Position numbers and translations under genes: made by a program. From Hydrolagus colliei (lineage: Eukaryota), in NCBI GenBank assembly GCA_035084275.1, contig CM068742.1, positions 128,526,001 to 128,590,000 of the forward strand: a stretch of 64,000 bases of DNA. Direction: 5' to 3'. Under the pieces are notes generated by a model. The model ran no database searches. It saw only the letters and a list, made by a program, of their open reading frames with translations, and had not been told where the DNA came from. Below, piece by piece: positions 11,431-25,525 of this stretch; within the stretch, counting starts at the first letter, position 1; every line of letters begins with the position of its first letter.

Positions 11431-13904
11431 TTTAATGATTGCTGGTCACATTGAAAATTATAAATCATGAAATTTTGAAACTTGGGTTCAAAGAAACATC
11501 AATGTACTTAATTTAAAACAGGAGATCATCCTTATGCAGCTGAACAAATACTTTATCTGTGTCATGGGTGGGTGGGGGAGGTTAAAAAAAAGAAAAGATC
11601 AGCGTTTTGGAAGATGCCAATTAATCGTATCTTGAAGGCTTAATGAAAGTTGAGCATTTTAATTCTCATTAAGCAAAGTGTGAGATGGGAATCTGTCTTG
11701 GGATAGACAGCTTGGAGAGTGATGTTGGCGATCTGCTCACACTGGATCGAAACCGCCTGAAACTAATAAATGAGCAGTGAAGACCTTGGCTGTTAGTGAT
11801 GGTACCAGCAGAAAAGGGGTGTGAATGGAGGTCGAGTGAATGAATGGGTTCGCCCATTGAAATCTTTTAGTCTTACTGTTGGATTTCCAAGTGAGCTATG
11901 TGATGGAACTGTCAGTCAAAGATTGGCTTTAATAGACCCCATGTTGGAGTGCAGCTGCTCCTCCTTGCCAAAACCATTCACATAAATGAAAGACAAGAAC
12001 ATTAATGGAAAATCAATTGTAATTTTTCCTGTTTGGTTCCATTCCAGAGCAATGAAAAATCAGACAGAAGTTGAAAGAGAAGGAGAAGCTCGAGATGCCT
12101 TGGCTCACTCTGTTAATTTTAACTGCATTTGACCATTAATTCTGTGACCTGAATAATAACACTGTAATGCACAAAGCGCTGCTCGCAGAGGGATCAGGAT
12201 ATTCCCTTATGGGAGAGGGGTTTGATGGTTGCGCCTTAGGCATAGCAATGATTTCAGCCTGAAGATTGATTGCAAGCTTAGAGTTTACAATGTTTTGGTA
12301 TTCTACAACTCCTTTAGGTATGGGTAGATATAGAAGGATTGGAGTTCCTCTCATAGGAGTTGTATCCAAACGCTGACTGTTGCAATACCAAAAATTATAA
12401 TACAGATTTACATTTATATGACATGTTTCACATCTGGAGAACATCCCAAGTGTTTGACAGTCCTGTGTAGCACAGAATCTTAGGGAGGAAGCCAAATGGA
12501 GTTAGGAGGGAAAAGTTGACTAAAGACGCATTTGAAGAGAATGGCCTTGAGATGAACAATGAATCAGAGGGACTCCTGCTACTGTTGTGGAGATTGGGAG
12601 AATTGAGTGTTTTCACTTTTCTTGGATTAGTCCCTGCACTCTGTATTCAGATTATGGAAAATCCGGTAGGTCAGGAGGTGTTATGGTCCTCATGTTTGCA
12701 GATGGAGTTCATGCCACAGCTGTCGAAACACCTGCTGACAACTAAAAGAGTGGATTGGACCAGCTTGATGAATCGAGGTGGGTGGTGGGGTGCGGGTGCG
12801 GGTTGGTAATTGTTCTGAAAACAGCAATCTGGCTTGGACCCAGGGGAAAGCCTGGCTTTCATTTCAACTATCATCTTCAAGGACATTCTGCAGGCAGGGG
12901 AATGCCCAGAATATCTAATAGACTGTGCTCAAATGACCGTCAGATCAATTAGTTCTGCAGCATTGGGCAAAATTGTTCTGCAATATTGTAGAAACGTCCT
13001 GTTTTTGTCAACAGATTTATAATTTTTTTCACTCTTTGCACTGTTTATACTGTGCTCAGTTTCCTTTTGGATGTCAATGTCTCCCAGTGATCTTGGAAAG
13101 TCTAATTTCAACACACAGGACAGTTAGAGGGTAGAAATTAATAGGGAATAATAAAATTTATTTGGATCAGTCGACAGTAGAATTGAATGGTGTGGTATTT
13201 GCCTGTAGTTTCATTAGAAACTATGACTAATCATTAAGTTTTTGTTACAAAATTCACAAAACAAATCGAGAAAAAATTGCTGTAACAAGAAAATGGTAAA
13301 GACTCATTTTCCCCATCCCCAAAATGGATTTTCTCGACCAACAAACATATCAAATTCCAATAGCACCACCAAAATCGCAAACCAGACCTTGCTATAAATC
13401 ACTTTCCACTGATGAACATCTCTTTCCATCTCTTCATTTGTTTATTGACCACATGCTTCAGGTCAATCTTAAACTACATCTTTCTGTCCTTGAGTTCATG
13501 TCTCCCGTGGTGCTGCAGGCTTTTCTGACACCACCTCCAAGTCCTCTTACCAACTGGGATTATGTTGAATTACAAATTTAAAAAAATATATATTTGTTTT
13601 GAGGTGCTTGCTAAAGAATTAAGTATCTGAAAAGAGAAGAGTTTATCCCTGTGTCCTGATCAACAATCCTTCAAACAAAATTCACTTCATGGCTGTTTTC
13701 GGGACATAGCTGTGTGTAAATTGGCTGGTTGTGTTCAGCTAGAAAATACACTGTTACTATACTTTACAGTAAATCCCGTGAAACATTTAGAGGCATCCTC
13801 CCAACCTGAATGGTGCTATATCAAATGCAAAGATTATTTTGGTAGTTTGTTTAGCATCCATTGAAGTGGCTGAAATGGCCCCATGAGCCACTTTGTATGG
13901 CTTG

Positions 13905-15400
13905 TCTATGATCTTCCAAACTTCTCTGGATACTGGAAAAGTCCCCATTGATTGGAAGATTGCAAAAGTAACTATTTAAGAAGGGTGGGAGAGAAAATAT
14001 GGGGAACTATAGACCAGTTAGTCTGACATCAGTGGTAGGGAACATTCTTGAGTCCTTAATTAAAGACATCGTTATGGGATACCTGCAAAACCACAAAAAG
14101 ATTAGGCAGAGCCAACATGGCTTTGCAAAAGGGAAATCATGCTTGACAAATCTTTAAGAGTTTTTTGAAAATGTATCCAGCAGTTTGGATAGAGGGGAAC
14201 CAGTAGATGTGGTATATTTAGATTTTAAGAAGGCATTTGATAAAGTGCCACACAAAAGGCTGTTGCACAAGAATAAGGCCCACAAGATTAATGGGAACAT
14301 ATTAAGATGAGTGGCTAACTGGTAGAAAGCAGAGAGGAGGGATAAACGGGTCATTCTCAAATTGGCAGGATGTAACTAGTGGAGTGCCACAAGGATCAGT
14401 GCTTGGGCCTCAGCTATTTACAATTTACATCAATGATCTAGACAAGACATTGAATGTAACGTGTCTAAATTCGCGGATGACACTAAACTAGGTAGGAGAG
14501 TGAGCTCTAGGATGATGCAAAAAGATTGCAACAAGATATAGATAGGCTTGGGGATGGGCAGGTAGGTGGCAGATGGAATTTAATGTAGGGAAGTGTGAAA
14601 TTATTCACCTAGGTAACAAAAATAAAAAAAATTGATTATTTTCTAGAGGGGGAGAGGTTAGATAGTGTTTGTATTCAAAGGGATTTGGGTGTCCTTGTAC
14701 ACCAGTCTCAAAAAGTTAGTTTGCAGGTGTAGCAAGCACTAAGAAGGCGAACGACATGCTAGCATTCATTTCAAAAGGTTTAGAATACAAGAGTAGGGAA
14801 GTCTTGCTTCAACTGTATAGGGCTTTGGCGAGACCGCAACCTAGAGTATTGTGTGCAATTTTGGTCTCCTTATTTAAAAAAGGACATACTTGCCTTAGAG
14901 GGGGTGCAGCGTAGATTCACTGGGTTAGATCCTGGGATGAGGGGACTGACCTATGAGGATAGGTTGAATAAACTAGGACTGTATTCTCTGCAGTACAGAA
15001 GAATTAGGGGGAATCTTATTGAAGCATATAAGATTCTTAAAGGGATGGATAAAGTAGACACTGAGGGACTGTTTCCCCTGGTAGGAGAATCTATACCCAG
15101 GGGTCACAGTCTTAAAATTAAGGGTCAGCCTTTTAGAATGGAGTTGAGGAAACATTTCTTCACTCAGAGGGTAGTGAATTTATGGAATTCACTACTCCAG
15201 AAGCCTGTAGATGCTCAGTCCCTGAACATTCTCAAGGCTGAGATTGATAGATTTTTTTTAAAATAGAGGGATTAGGGTATATGGGGATGGGGCAGGTAAT
15301 TCGACTTAGGTCAGAAGATCAGCCATGATCTTATTGAATGGCGGGGCAGGTTCGAAGGGCCGAATGGCCTACTCCTGCTCCTAATTCCTATGGTCTTATG
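13905..15400 (+). pseudogene. CR1 LINE RT, disrupted (subfamily B)
   Basis: GNYRPVSLTS, YLDFKKAFDKV, FADDTK with stops and frameshifts; 3' UTR TCAGCCATGATCTTATTGAATGGCGGGGCAGG...CCTACTCCTGCTCC; CTTATG-type tail. Confidence 0.92.
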
Positions 15401-15934
15401 GCCGTTTCCTGCTACCTCACATTTTGCTGCAATTGTTTTAAGGATCTTGACAAGCAACGTTGTTGAGAGATTTTCTTTCAGAAAATAGTGGAGAACACAT
15501 AGGAATATCAATTATAGATCTGGTATTAATATTCAACCCTGTTTTCTTTCTTGAGATTTGTTTGTGTGGAGATAAATGCAGGCAATTTAAGGTACTTTAA
15601 AAGAAGCTTACAACCTACATTTTAAAAATGTTTTTTATGTTTGTATAAAGATTGCATGTCTGAATGGTGCACCTGGTTAGCAGCATGGGAGATAATCATA
15701 TAATGCAGTGAATAGATTGCTGTGCCCATCACAAAGACAAATAGCAGCTGTAATATCTATTGTCTATACGTGACTGTTATTTAGCAGGTGGTGGACCATT
15801 GGAAAAAAATGACCTTATGATTTATATCCCCATCTGACATCAAGAACATTAAACATAATGGGAAAGTATCTCAGTTCTGAAGCATCAGTTACCGTGGTGT
15901 GCATAGACTGCATACCGAAAATAATATAATAATA

Positions 15935-16262
15935 CAATTTACATTTGGCAGCACTCTATCTTATCGTTGAGATGTCTCAAAGCATTTCACAGGATATCCT
16001 GTAAAGTAGTGTCACTTGTGTATTATTGTTGCCGAACACAGCAATATCCCACAAACAACCATGGAATGAATGACTAATTTACTGTGCGGATTATTGGCCA
16101 TAACATCTAGAAAAACTCCCTTCTCATTTCAACATGGCATGGAATTTTTAATGTCTACCTAAACAGGCAGACAGGAACTGAGTTTAACATCTCGTCTGAA
16201 TGAACAGCATCTCCAACAATACTGTGCTCCCCCAACACTGCACTGGAGAGTAAGACTGGACA
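15935..16262 (-). mobile_element. Deu-domain SINE
   Basis: Reverse complement of the Deu core seen at 4105-4576. Confidence 0.7.
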
Positions 16263-16695
16263 ATATTTCTATATGTACTATATGAGATGCTTTTGCTCAA
16301 ACTATCTTTGAGAAAAGAAACCCAATCTGGTCTGTGAAGCGATGGTGTTGAGTTTGATGTGGTGGTCAGAGCAGCTGCAATGCCTTTAAACCAAATAAAA
16401 TACCTTTGGTGTCACATTAGCTCAAGCTCTGGCAATTCCTTCACTGTAGGAACAGAAAGCCAGATGTGTCTCAACAAGCGGATGGAGGTATTGTCAATGC
16501 GTGATGCTTTGTTCCAACACGGGGTGTTTGGCTGAAGATACTGTATATGGTGAAACAACATCTGTGTGATTAAATTTAGCCTTGTCTTTAGTTCCATTGT
16601 TTGTGCACGCGATGTTCCTTTGTCACATTTTTGCGTTATAGATTGGTGTTGTCTTTCTTCTGTACATTTAACTGTTTTACCCACAAAATATCATA

Positions 16696-16885
16696 GCAAT
16701 AATCCTTGGATTTGATACAGCGCTTCATCACATCTTTGACACTTCTCAAAGCACTTCACAGAAAATTATATCAAGTGAATTGACTGTATATTTTGTGAGT
16801 GAAATGCAGCAGGGAATTGTGCACAGCAGTGTCCCACAAACAGTTGTGGATTGAGTGTCCATTTTCTTTTGATGGAATTATTTAG
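16696..16885 (-). mobile_element. tRNA-SINE 3' half
   Basis: Reverse complement of the SINE tail module. Similar 3' fragments at 6444-6632 (-), 7205-7350 (-), 27965-28140 (-) and 29123-29286 (+). Confidence 0.75.
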
Positions 16886-17234
16886 TCCCCCCGGAAAAAC
16901 AATTTGCCAATAGACTAACAACCCAGTTCCTCCTTACTGATATCATTAATCTAATCTTTAGTTATATTCTCCAAAAGTACACAGAAAAAAGATGTCCATT
17001 ATGTTTTTTCATGATCAATTTACAGAAAACCATGAATTATAATAATAATTCTAAACCTTCTTTTGGATATTATCAAATCATTAAAACAGCTGAGAGGATT
17101 TAATGTGAAGCGTAGTTAACGTATAATGTATAGGTGAACTAGGTAGTCAATTTGTACACAACAATGTCCTACAAATAGGCATGCAGTGAATGACCAATTC
17201 TATCAAGAGATTATCTATGATTCACTTCATAATA

Positions 17235-17595
17235 TTGTAAATGGGAGGTATACAAATTTATGAAGGTTTTAATAGGCTAAGTAGAAATGAGCTGTTTTGA
17301 ATGGTGGTGGAATCAGTGATTTGAAGCCATACATATGATAGTTCAAAAATAACAAAAGGAAAGTTTAGGAAAAAAAATTCACTCAGAGTTGTTGGGATTT
17401 GGAAAGCTTTGCTAAGTAATGTGGTACAGTAGAGTCTATTGAGGACTTCAAGAGGGAAGTTGACAGATATGGGAAGGCTAGAGATTCAAAAAAGAATGGA
17501 GATAGGAAAGGGGCTTGAATAGCAGCTTGCTCCGAGAGCTTGTGTGATGAATGGACTGAATACCGCCCCTCCTTCTGCGATAACATTTTTCCGGG
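17235..17595 (+). mobile_element. Old CR1 3' fragment
   Basis: TTCACTCAGAGTTGTTGGGATTTGGAA and decayed 3' UTR. Confidence 0.6.
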
Positions 17596-18589
17596 TTTCT
17601 GTGTTTTGTCCGTGTTTGGTGAATATCCTGTAAATTCCATGTTGATGTGTGCTATCGACTACAGTTGAATTCTGAAATGTGAAGAAGTGGGTTTGGTGAA
17701 TCATAAACCCAGTCTCTCATTTATTTCAAGGCTCTGATCTTTAATATCCACCTATCAATACAACATTGCTGTGTACAACATTTACGAGGTGCCTTTCGTT
17801 CAAATGGTGCCAATGAATTAATCTCTGTTTAAAGCAGCATACTTAGGGTCTGTGTATTTAATAAAGCAAAGGGTTACGAAAAATCTGGAAACTGAGGTTA
17901 ATAATAATCCTTGCATTTGATACAGAGCCACAACATTTTGAGTAAACAGCAGGGATGTTTGGAAAGGGTAGGGACTGAAAGGATTGCTTTTTAAAAGAGC
18001 CAGAACAAACACAATGGGCTAATCTGAAACTGACACCAAGCTTTACAGGTTACATAATTGTATCCTAGGATACACAACGATAATGTAAAAATATTAACTT
18101 GTATTTACATAGCCCCTTTCATGCTATATAAATGCAAATAAACATTCCAAGGTACTTTGCAAAATGTAAATGATTAGAAATTAAGAGAATGTTGTTACAT
18201 AGGCAAAAGCTACAGCTAATCTGCTCCAGCAAAAATAATGCATTACTTGGCCAATTTGTTTGAAATTTGGAGTTAATTTAAGTAAATTGAGGAATATGAG
18301 CCAAGGCAAATGAGAAAAAGCCTTCACTTATTTTTCAAATAGCAACAGTATAGTTGTCCTTTCACATCCACCGAAATCGCAAGGCAGGTGGAACTTAAAC
18401 TCAAACAACGCATGGACACCTGTTATTTACAGATAATAATAATAATAATCCTTGCATTTGATATAGAACCTTATCATGTCCTCTAAATGTCTCAAAGCTC
18501 TTCACAGAATATAATGTAAAGTGAATCATTCAGAGGATTCAATTCAAGATCCTGGTCCCCACTTCAATCCCTCCATGACCTTGCTTCAC

Positions 18590-18960
18590 CCTACCTCTGT
18601 GATCTCCTACCAAACTGTCTGCTCCCCCCACACTCAGCGGGCTCCGGCATCCTCCACATCTACAATCCCCAACCCACATCCCCAACCCACCATTAGTGAG
18701 AGAGCCTTCAGCCACTCTGCTGCTACCTCTGTGATTCCAGCCCACAATCTCTTTGCCTCGCCCTCTCCCTACCCTCCTTTAAGTCCCACCTCAAGACCCT
18801 CCTCTTAGACTGTGCCATCCTTCAAACCCCTTCCCCTCCCCTCCTTCCACTCTCCACAACACCAACACCAGTGCGGGTCTGCAACATTGAATGTCCAGCG
18901 CCTTAGGACGTCCTCTCAATGTGAAAGGCTCTATCCTAGTATAATGTTGTTGTTTTTGTT
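18590..18960 (+). mobile_element. L2 3' fragment
   Basis: ERAFSHSA remnant; AGCGCCTTAGGACGTCCTCTCAATGTGAAAGGC; (TTG)n tail. Confidence 0.75.
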
Positions 18961-20599
18961 GAATTGACTGGTTTGTGGGCAAAAAAGTGTTTGTGTGGAT
19001 AGAAACAGGAAGGAATTTTCATAATTAGAATATTTTATATTTGATTTATACTATCTGCAGATTGGGATGGAATTTTCCCTTGCCAGGTTGGCTTAGGTCA
19101 GTTAACTAGGGGTTAATGATATATGGAATTTGGTCATTGCATTTTTCCTGTGGGCACTTTGGTATGTATTGAAGGGTTGAGGCCTCTCCAGTTAGCATTT
19201 GGATGTTTGGTTTCAGGCCCTTAATGTTGCTGTGAGGTCTATAGACACCAATTGTGTTGTAGCTATTGACATCTCTTCAGCAGCATAAAAAGCTCCTCAA
19301 ACTGAAAATGAGTGCAATCAAAACCATGTAATGGAACAAAACACTGCGTCACTTACTCTGATGATCATTGATGCAAGCAGAATTTCTCCATTAGTCTGCC
19401 GGTTTCAGGCTCATACTCTGCATGGGTCGAAAGTCACCACCCACGATAGTTAAGTAGCACTGATTATTGTGCACTGGTAACAATTTATTTTAAAGAAATT
19501 GTTTTCATTTCCATTTTATTAGTAACACAGGCACAAACTACCCAATTTGATTTCTAACTGGAGCGGTGTTGAAATAAACTGGTCAACTATTTAATGGTCA
19601 TTTTTTAGGTTGCAATTATTCATGGTGGTAGACATTGACCTCGTGTTAGATTAAATCCTCAATTAGCCAGAAAAAAAATGACTTAGCACCCTTCATGCAA
19701 GATAGTGTCTCAGAGTGCTGAAGTATTACTCCACCCAATCTACAAAGTAGTTGTACAGTACTCAGAATCTATGCAATATACATTATTCCAGGTGAAGCAC
19801 ACAATATAAATACAAGTTGTATTTGTTACCTGTTTCCAATGATACAGTCACTACACTTAATAAATAATCCTTTACTCTCACTAGATCTGTGTTCGCCTAC
19901 AAAATGCACAAACTCTAGACTTCAATTATTATTATTATTATTATTACTTCACAATATATCCTTCGAGTGCTTTGAAACATCGTGATGAAATGACAAATTC
20001 CTATTTCAAGTGTAAGGATTATTTATTAAGTGTAGTGACTGTATAATGCAGGCAAACAAGAAAGGGAATTTGCTCACAGCAATGTCACGCAACAACTGTG
20101 AAGTGAATGATAAATGTCACCCTTCTTTGGAGGAAGGGCCTGGTCTCCTATCAGCAATTGGCCAATAACCATCACTGAAGTTGGGACATCCAGCTCCCTT
20201 TACCTATTGGTATGGGGCATTGAGCTGTTAATGGTGTTGCAACTGAACATGATGCTGCCTGGGATTGTGGCTGTAACTAAAACATTTGAAAGACTTCTAA
20301 AAGTTGCAAGTCACTCTCCTATTGGACTTTTTCATGTATGCTACTAAGTTAATGTAAGCAAACATTTATTTTAAAAAATACTGTACTAATAATAATTGCA
20401 AAAGTATTAGCTACAAAAATCTACAACCTGATCAAAAATATAACAGGGATTATTCCAAGAATAAAAATCCTAACCCTGTGTGGAAGACCTTGCAAATTAT
20501 ATCTGCAGAAACTCTTGCTAATTTTATTCATACATCCTCAGTTCAGATCATACTCGAGATAAGTAGTCATGAGGAGTTTATTTTAATGGTAAGCTCCTG

Positions 20600-21010
20600 G
20601 TTGTATTGACAGACCATAAACTGCAGCAGTCCAGGGTCAGAGTAATTATTGAGCGATGTGATTGATAAAGCTCCATTTTCCATCATTCTCTGTACTGTCA
20701 GCTGGCAGGTAACCAAGTCTGACAATCACAATGGGTTGGGGCATGTTCGTGCGACTTTGCACAAATAATTTAATTGCACCCATTGAGTGGTCCATTACTG
20801 CATTGGCAATGCCTTGTTATTGATAATTGACTTCCTCTTATGCATGAAATAAATACTGACATTAGAATTGCATTGTGGAAACATTTCCGTGCTCTCTTCA
20901 TATTTCAATGGGGGGGGGAGATTTGTTTCAATGTTCTTTGGCTTTCAATCCATAACATTTCATTTGTGTTTCTTGCTTCCGCCCGAACAATGATTTATTG
21001 ATGTAAATCA
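20600..21010. promoter_or_regulatory. Candidate developmental enhancer (Pbx-Hox / Meis / Sox motif cluster)
   Basis: TGACAG 20607, CCATAAA 20614, TGATTGAT 20659, CTGTCA 20695, AACAAT 20986, TGATTTATTG 20991, GTAAATCA 21003, all in repeat-free sequence. Confidence 0.4.
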
Positions 21011-21269
21011 AATATTATTAGAGTACTGTAAATGTTCTCCATTTGTTCATTTTCTCACTGTGGATGTAAGGGAAATACAAGGAGTGAAGAATGAGAGAAT
21101 TTGAGGGAGAAATGGACTTGTTCTTCTCAAGCTGTTTAAACTCTATGATATATTATTTAATGTTAATCCTCAAGGCAAACCTCATAAGCATTGAATTGGT
21201 TACTGTGACATTAATGGGATGCTGAAGCCCAGAGGTGGTGCAGAGCAGAGCAATGAGAGTAAACTCCAG

Positions 21270-23540
21270 TTTTAAAGGGATGGGCTATAAGAAATGATTG
21301 GATAAGCTGGGTCCTCTTCAACCATGAAAAGAGATGTCTCAGAGGGGACCTTACAGTGGTATATAAAATTTTAAATGGTATTGTAAAAGTAACACCGGAA
21401 GAATGCTTTTAGATGCACCAAGGCAGTAGAACAAATGTGTTTTTTTTCACACACCAAAAAATATATCTGGTCAATTCACTTTACAGTATATTCTTTGAAG
21501 CACTTTGAGATGCCTCGAAGATGTGATGAAGTCCTGTACCAAATGCAAGGCTTAATATTATTATGTCACAGAATTTGAATTGCAAATAGCAATTACAGGA
21601 CACACTCCAGGAAGTTTTATGTTGTTGAGGCTAGGACAAGCAGTTTGACGGGAGGATGAGAAGTGGATATTCTGGAAGGAGTAGATCAGATGGGCCAAAG
21701 GCCCTTCTTTATCTGAACTTACAGATCTTTTAGAGGTATTTAATTTGCTAAAAGGGATTGAGAAAGTGAACCCATCACAATACTGTCAGACATGTCAAGG
21801 CAGTAGCACCGATGAATAAACAGGAAGTTTTATTTTCCAAGAGTGTAATTAAAAACTGCAATGGGTTCTTAGGAAGAGAAGTTGAATTTTTAATGCTGGA
21901 TTCATTTAAGAAACAGCTTGATGCATAATAGGAAGACAGAAGGATGGGTAATGCCTTCCTTCATCTGAATTTCAAAGTCAGTTATCAAATTACTCCTACT
22001 GACTAATGGTTGATGTGTCTGTCAGACCAGGATATGCCTTGGTGCCAGCAAGGTTCAGAAACTTGTAGAGCAACAGTCAAGGCTTTCCCTTGCTCTGAAA
22101 GCACACCCGGAATTACTTATTTTAGTCAGGTTCACATGGACCTCTGTACAAGGGGCTGTGAGAGATTAGGGGCTTATTCAATAAAGGCGCAGGTAAAACA
22201 AACCTTTCAAGTTTTCTCTGCTTGCCAGCACACAACAAATAAGGCTTCTCACAAACCACCAGGTCAAAAAGTATGTCATGCAACCACCCACAAATGGGAA
22301 CCGTGCTACATTAATTCTTCAAGCAGGCACGTCACTCTTTAGATCACAAACGTTACATTCATGGCAAAACTTTGTACGTGTGATATTGCAGTAGTGCTGT
22401 TTGAGGGAGGGCTGCTGTGTGTGCTGGAATGAGAGGTAAGTGTACTCTACTTACGCATGTAAGTTCTGGACCCAATTGGAAAATATAGTCGACACAGAAT
22501 TGAGGAGTGCTGTGATAGGCCTGAATGGTTTGTATAACAGGAAGTTATTCGTATCTCAGAAGTTAATCAATGACTGGAAAAGGTTACCAGGAAAGGTGGT
22601 AGGCCAGTACACTGGACTCATTTTAAAATCAATTTGACACTGTGCTATGAGGACTCTAGGTGAACATTCTAGAGGGACAGGATCGGATGGACCGAAAGGA
22701 CCTCTTCACTAATCTTGTGATTTTGTGGGAATGTTGGCAGAACAAAGAGACAATGTGTAAATTCTCTGTGATTCTATTATGCAGTGCTTAAATACACTTC
22801 AAAATCTTTGTTTGAATACATTTTGTATACAAAGATCTCTATTCAAAGCCCACACTCATTTCATTTTTAAAAATTGTCAAGATTCAAACATATATTGGGC
22901 CAATTAACTCTGCGGGGACTCTCCTGTTCTTTGTATACATTAGTGACCTGTGTCTGACCAGGAAAAAGATCATTACGTTTATAATTGCCACTAAGATGGT
23001 GGGAACTGGAATCAGAGCAAACAGCAAAGATCTTAACTAAGAGAACTTGAGAGGGTATGCCTTTGGGCTAATAACTGGATAATAGAGTTCCAGAGAGATT
23101 CATGCAACTATTGCATTTAGAAAATAAAAATAGGAAGCACATGTACCTCATAACTGGGACTGAACTTACCAAGGGGAAAGCTGAAAGGGAATTAAAAGTT
23201 CTTTGACTTTTGGGTCCATGTCAAAACAACAAGAACAAAAATAATACATTTGTATAGCACTTTTCATGTCGGGAGGATGTCCCAAAGTGCTGGAAAACAA
23301 TATGAAGCCTCAACAAATAACACAAACAGAAGGCTGGGCTCTATTATCAAATCACTTATGTTGAGATCCTCTAATGGCCAACTCAACTTGCACAGTATTC
23401 TGATCAGACCACACCTTGTGTACCGTGTCATCACAACTCAAGCAGATTGCCCATGACCACTGTCAGATATGAGTCCTGATGAAACCAGCTAGGGCTTAGC
23501 AACCTTGAAAACAAATGTCTCAGAGAGGACCTTATTAGAT
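21270..23540 (+). mobile_element. Cluster of very old CR1 fragments interleaved with SINE/L2 tails and unique DNA
   Basis: Remnants such as AGATGTCTCAGAGGGGACCTT, ATCAGACCACACCTTG and GATGGGCCAAAGGCCCTTC. Confidence 0.5.
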
Positions 23541-23543
23541 CTG

Positions 23544-24352
23544 CAACAACAACAAAATCACATTTACAGAGCGCCTTTCAAGTCAGGAGGATGTCCCAAG
23601 CTGCTGAACAGTCAGGTGATGGGACCCGAGCATGGGGGAGGGGTGGAGAAGGGGTGATGGGAGGCAGAGAGGTGGGAGGGGAGCTGAAGACACAGTTGAA
23701 TAGGAGGGTCTTCAGATCGGCCTTGAAGAAGGCAAGGTAGGAAGCAAGGTGGAGGGAATGTGGGATTGAGTTCTGGAGTGTGGGGCAGATAAGATGAAAG
23801 CCAGCCCACCGATGGCCGCAAGATTTGAAATTAAATTAAGAAAACCCAGTGCAATGCTTTCAGATATATAAATGTAGCAGACTAAGAGAAGAAAGGTTCT
23901 CCTGTCCTAATTTTAGGACAGCAGAGGAAGTATTTCTTTGCCCAGAGAGCAATTAACAATTGAAATCAATTGAAAACAATTGAACACCGAAGGCCGCCAA
24001 AACCTCACATGTGCATTCATAACACCCAGGCATGACGATGCTTGTCATAGTCAACCAAGGGGTTGGCCTCCACCAACCCCTCCCTCCATAGGCTGCAGAT
24101 CAACCAGGACTCTGCAGCCCATGTCTTCTCCCAAAACAGACTCTGTGACACTATCACTCCCATCTCCCCCAACCAACTTCTTCACTCGGTGTGTTCCAGC
24201 CTGCTTCACATCCCCCACCTCGCCGTCCCCACCATTTGCAGGTGAACCTTCAGCCACTCTGCTCCCACCACCTGGAGCTTCAGTCCCTTCACCTCACCCC
24301 ATCCCTAGCCTCCATCATGACCCATCTCAAGAACCAACTCTTCGACCATGAT
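23544..24352. mobile_element. Two L2 fragments (23544-23820 -, 23980-24352 +)
   Basis: (AAC)n tail plus stem-loop on the first; ETLVHAF/QNSAAR-like remnants on the second. Confidence 0.7.
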
Positions 24353-25410
24353 CTCCAAGATGTTTGTCTCAATTGAAAGGAAGTGTCCAAGTTCAAGTTG
24401 TGATGGCCGGTAATGTGGGTGGTGCTGTTCACCTCTCTAAAGCGGATGATTGATCAAGAGACCACAGCAATTAGCATCGACATGGTTCGTCAACAATTGC
24501 AGTTTCTGTGAGCTATGTGATAATCTCACACTTTACTTGCATTCTTGTGTTACTGTGAACCCTTTTCAGTCAAGAAGCTGTTTGACAGGCCTTGAGTTTG
24601 AACTCAATCGTAGTAGCAGGAACAGCAGATCTTGTTATCTTATAATTAAACCAAGATATCATCCTGGTTGATTGTATCTGCTTTGCTTTGTTAGATTATT
24701 GGAATCTGTAATGGAATGAAGTCCATTGTCCTTGTTAGAGTCTGTAAAGTCAATGGTGGAGTGTACAACATTCAGTCAATTGACATGTTGTGTGGTGTCT
24801 TTGCTTGTGGTAATGCAGTGGGTCTGTGCATAAAGGGTATTGTAGGCAAGCAAAGAGTCTTAAACAAACTGTAGAGGCAAGCTGTGCATTGATACAGTGA
24901 GGGATATGCTGCTGCCCATCATACCTCTGGTTCCATGTGTGCCTCCCATTCATAAACTTCATTTCAAATGGACAAACTAACATTTCATCTCAAAATCACA
25001 TTGCACCCACTGGAAAAGGAGTTTACCAGTGTTGGGATTTCCGATCCCGATAGTTCAAAATAATGACCCAACAATCCTTAAAATAAAGATATAGTGATTT
25101 AATGATTATAAGCAATAAAACATGATAGAATAAAAAAATCATACTACCAGTTCTATGTAGAATACAATGTTGGGCTATGTAGAATACAAGGCTATTACAC
25201 AAGTCAGGTTCAAGCTTCTCACAATACTCTTTCTAACTTTCCTTCTCTAACTGACCCTTCTCTGCCTGTAAAACAGAACTGGAACCATGACCCGTTCCAG
25301 CAGTTCTGGGCAACAGTGGCAGGCTGGAGATCTCGGTTTACCCTGAGACACTCACCAACTGTTGTAATGAGCCACTCTTTCTTTCCTATCTTTATACTTT
25401 TCCACCATAA

Positions 25411-25525
25411 CCCATAAAGCACCATGGTAATGGTGGTAGTACCATGATAGTACCATGGTACTACCACCATAACCATGGTACTACCATGGTACTACCACCA
25501 TTACCATGGTACTTTTTTACAAGGG
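25411..25525. mobile_element. Palindromic MITE, CMC/EnSpm-like
   Basis: CCC...GGG termini with AA on both flanks; 40-bp arms 25421-25460 / 25471-25510 (38/40 complementary) built from ACCATGGT. Confidence 0.55.

Noticed and set aside
14853-15266. 137-aa ORF (also 52310, 53295, 54479)
   Set aside because: Fragments of disrupted CR1 ORF2, not independent genes.
24443-24507. Candidate exon RMIDQETTAISIDMVRQQLQF, and similar AG..GT segments near 25977, 28569, 33869, 35031, 35761 and 61233
   Set aside because: Weak donors, no coherent multi-exon protein and no recognisable homology; expected by chance in this much unique DNA.
25421-25510. CRISPR-like or pre-miRNA reading of the ACCATGGT repeats
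   Set aside because: No unique spacers, vertebrate context, and transposon-like termini explain it better.
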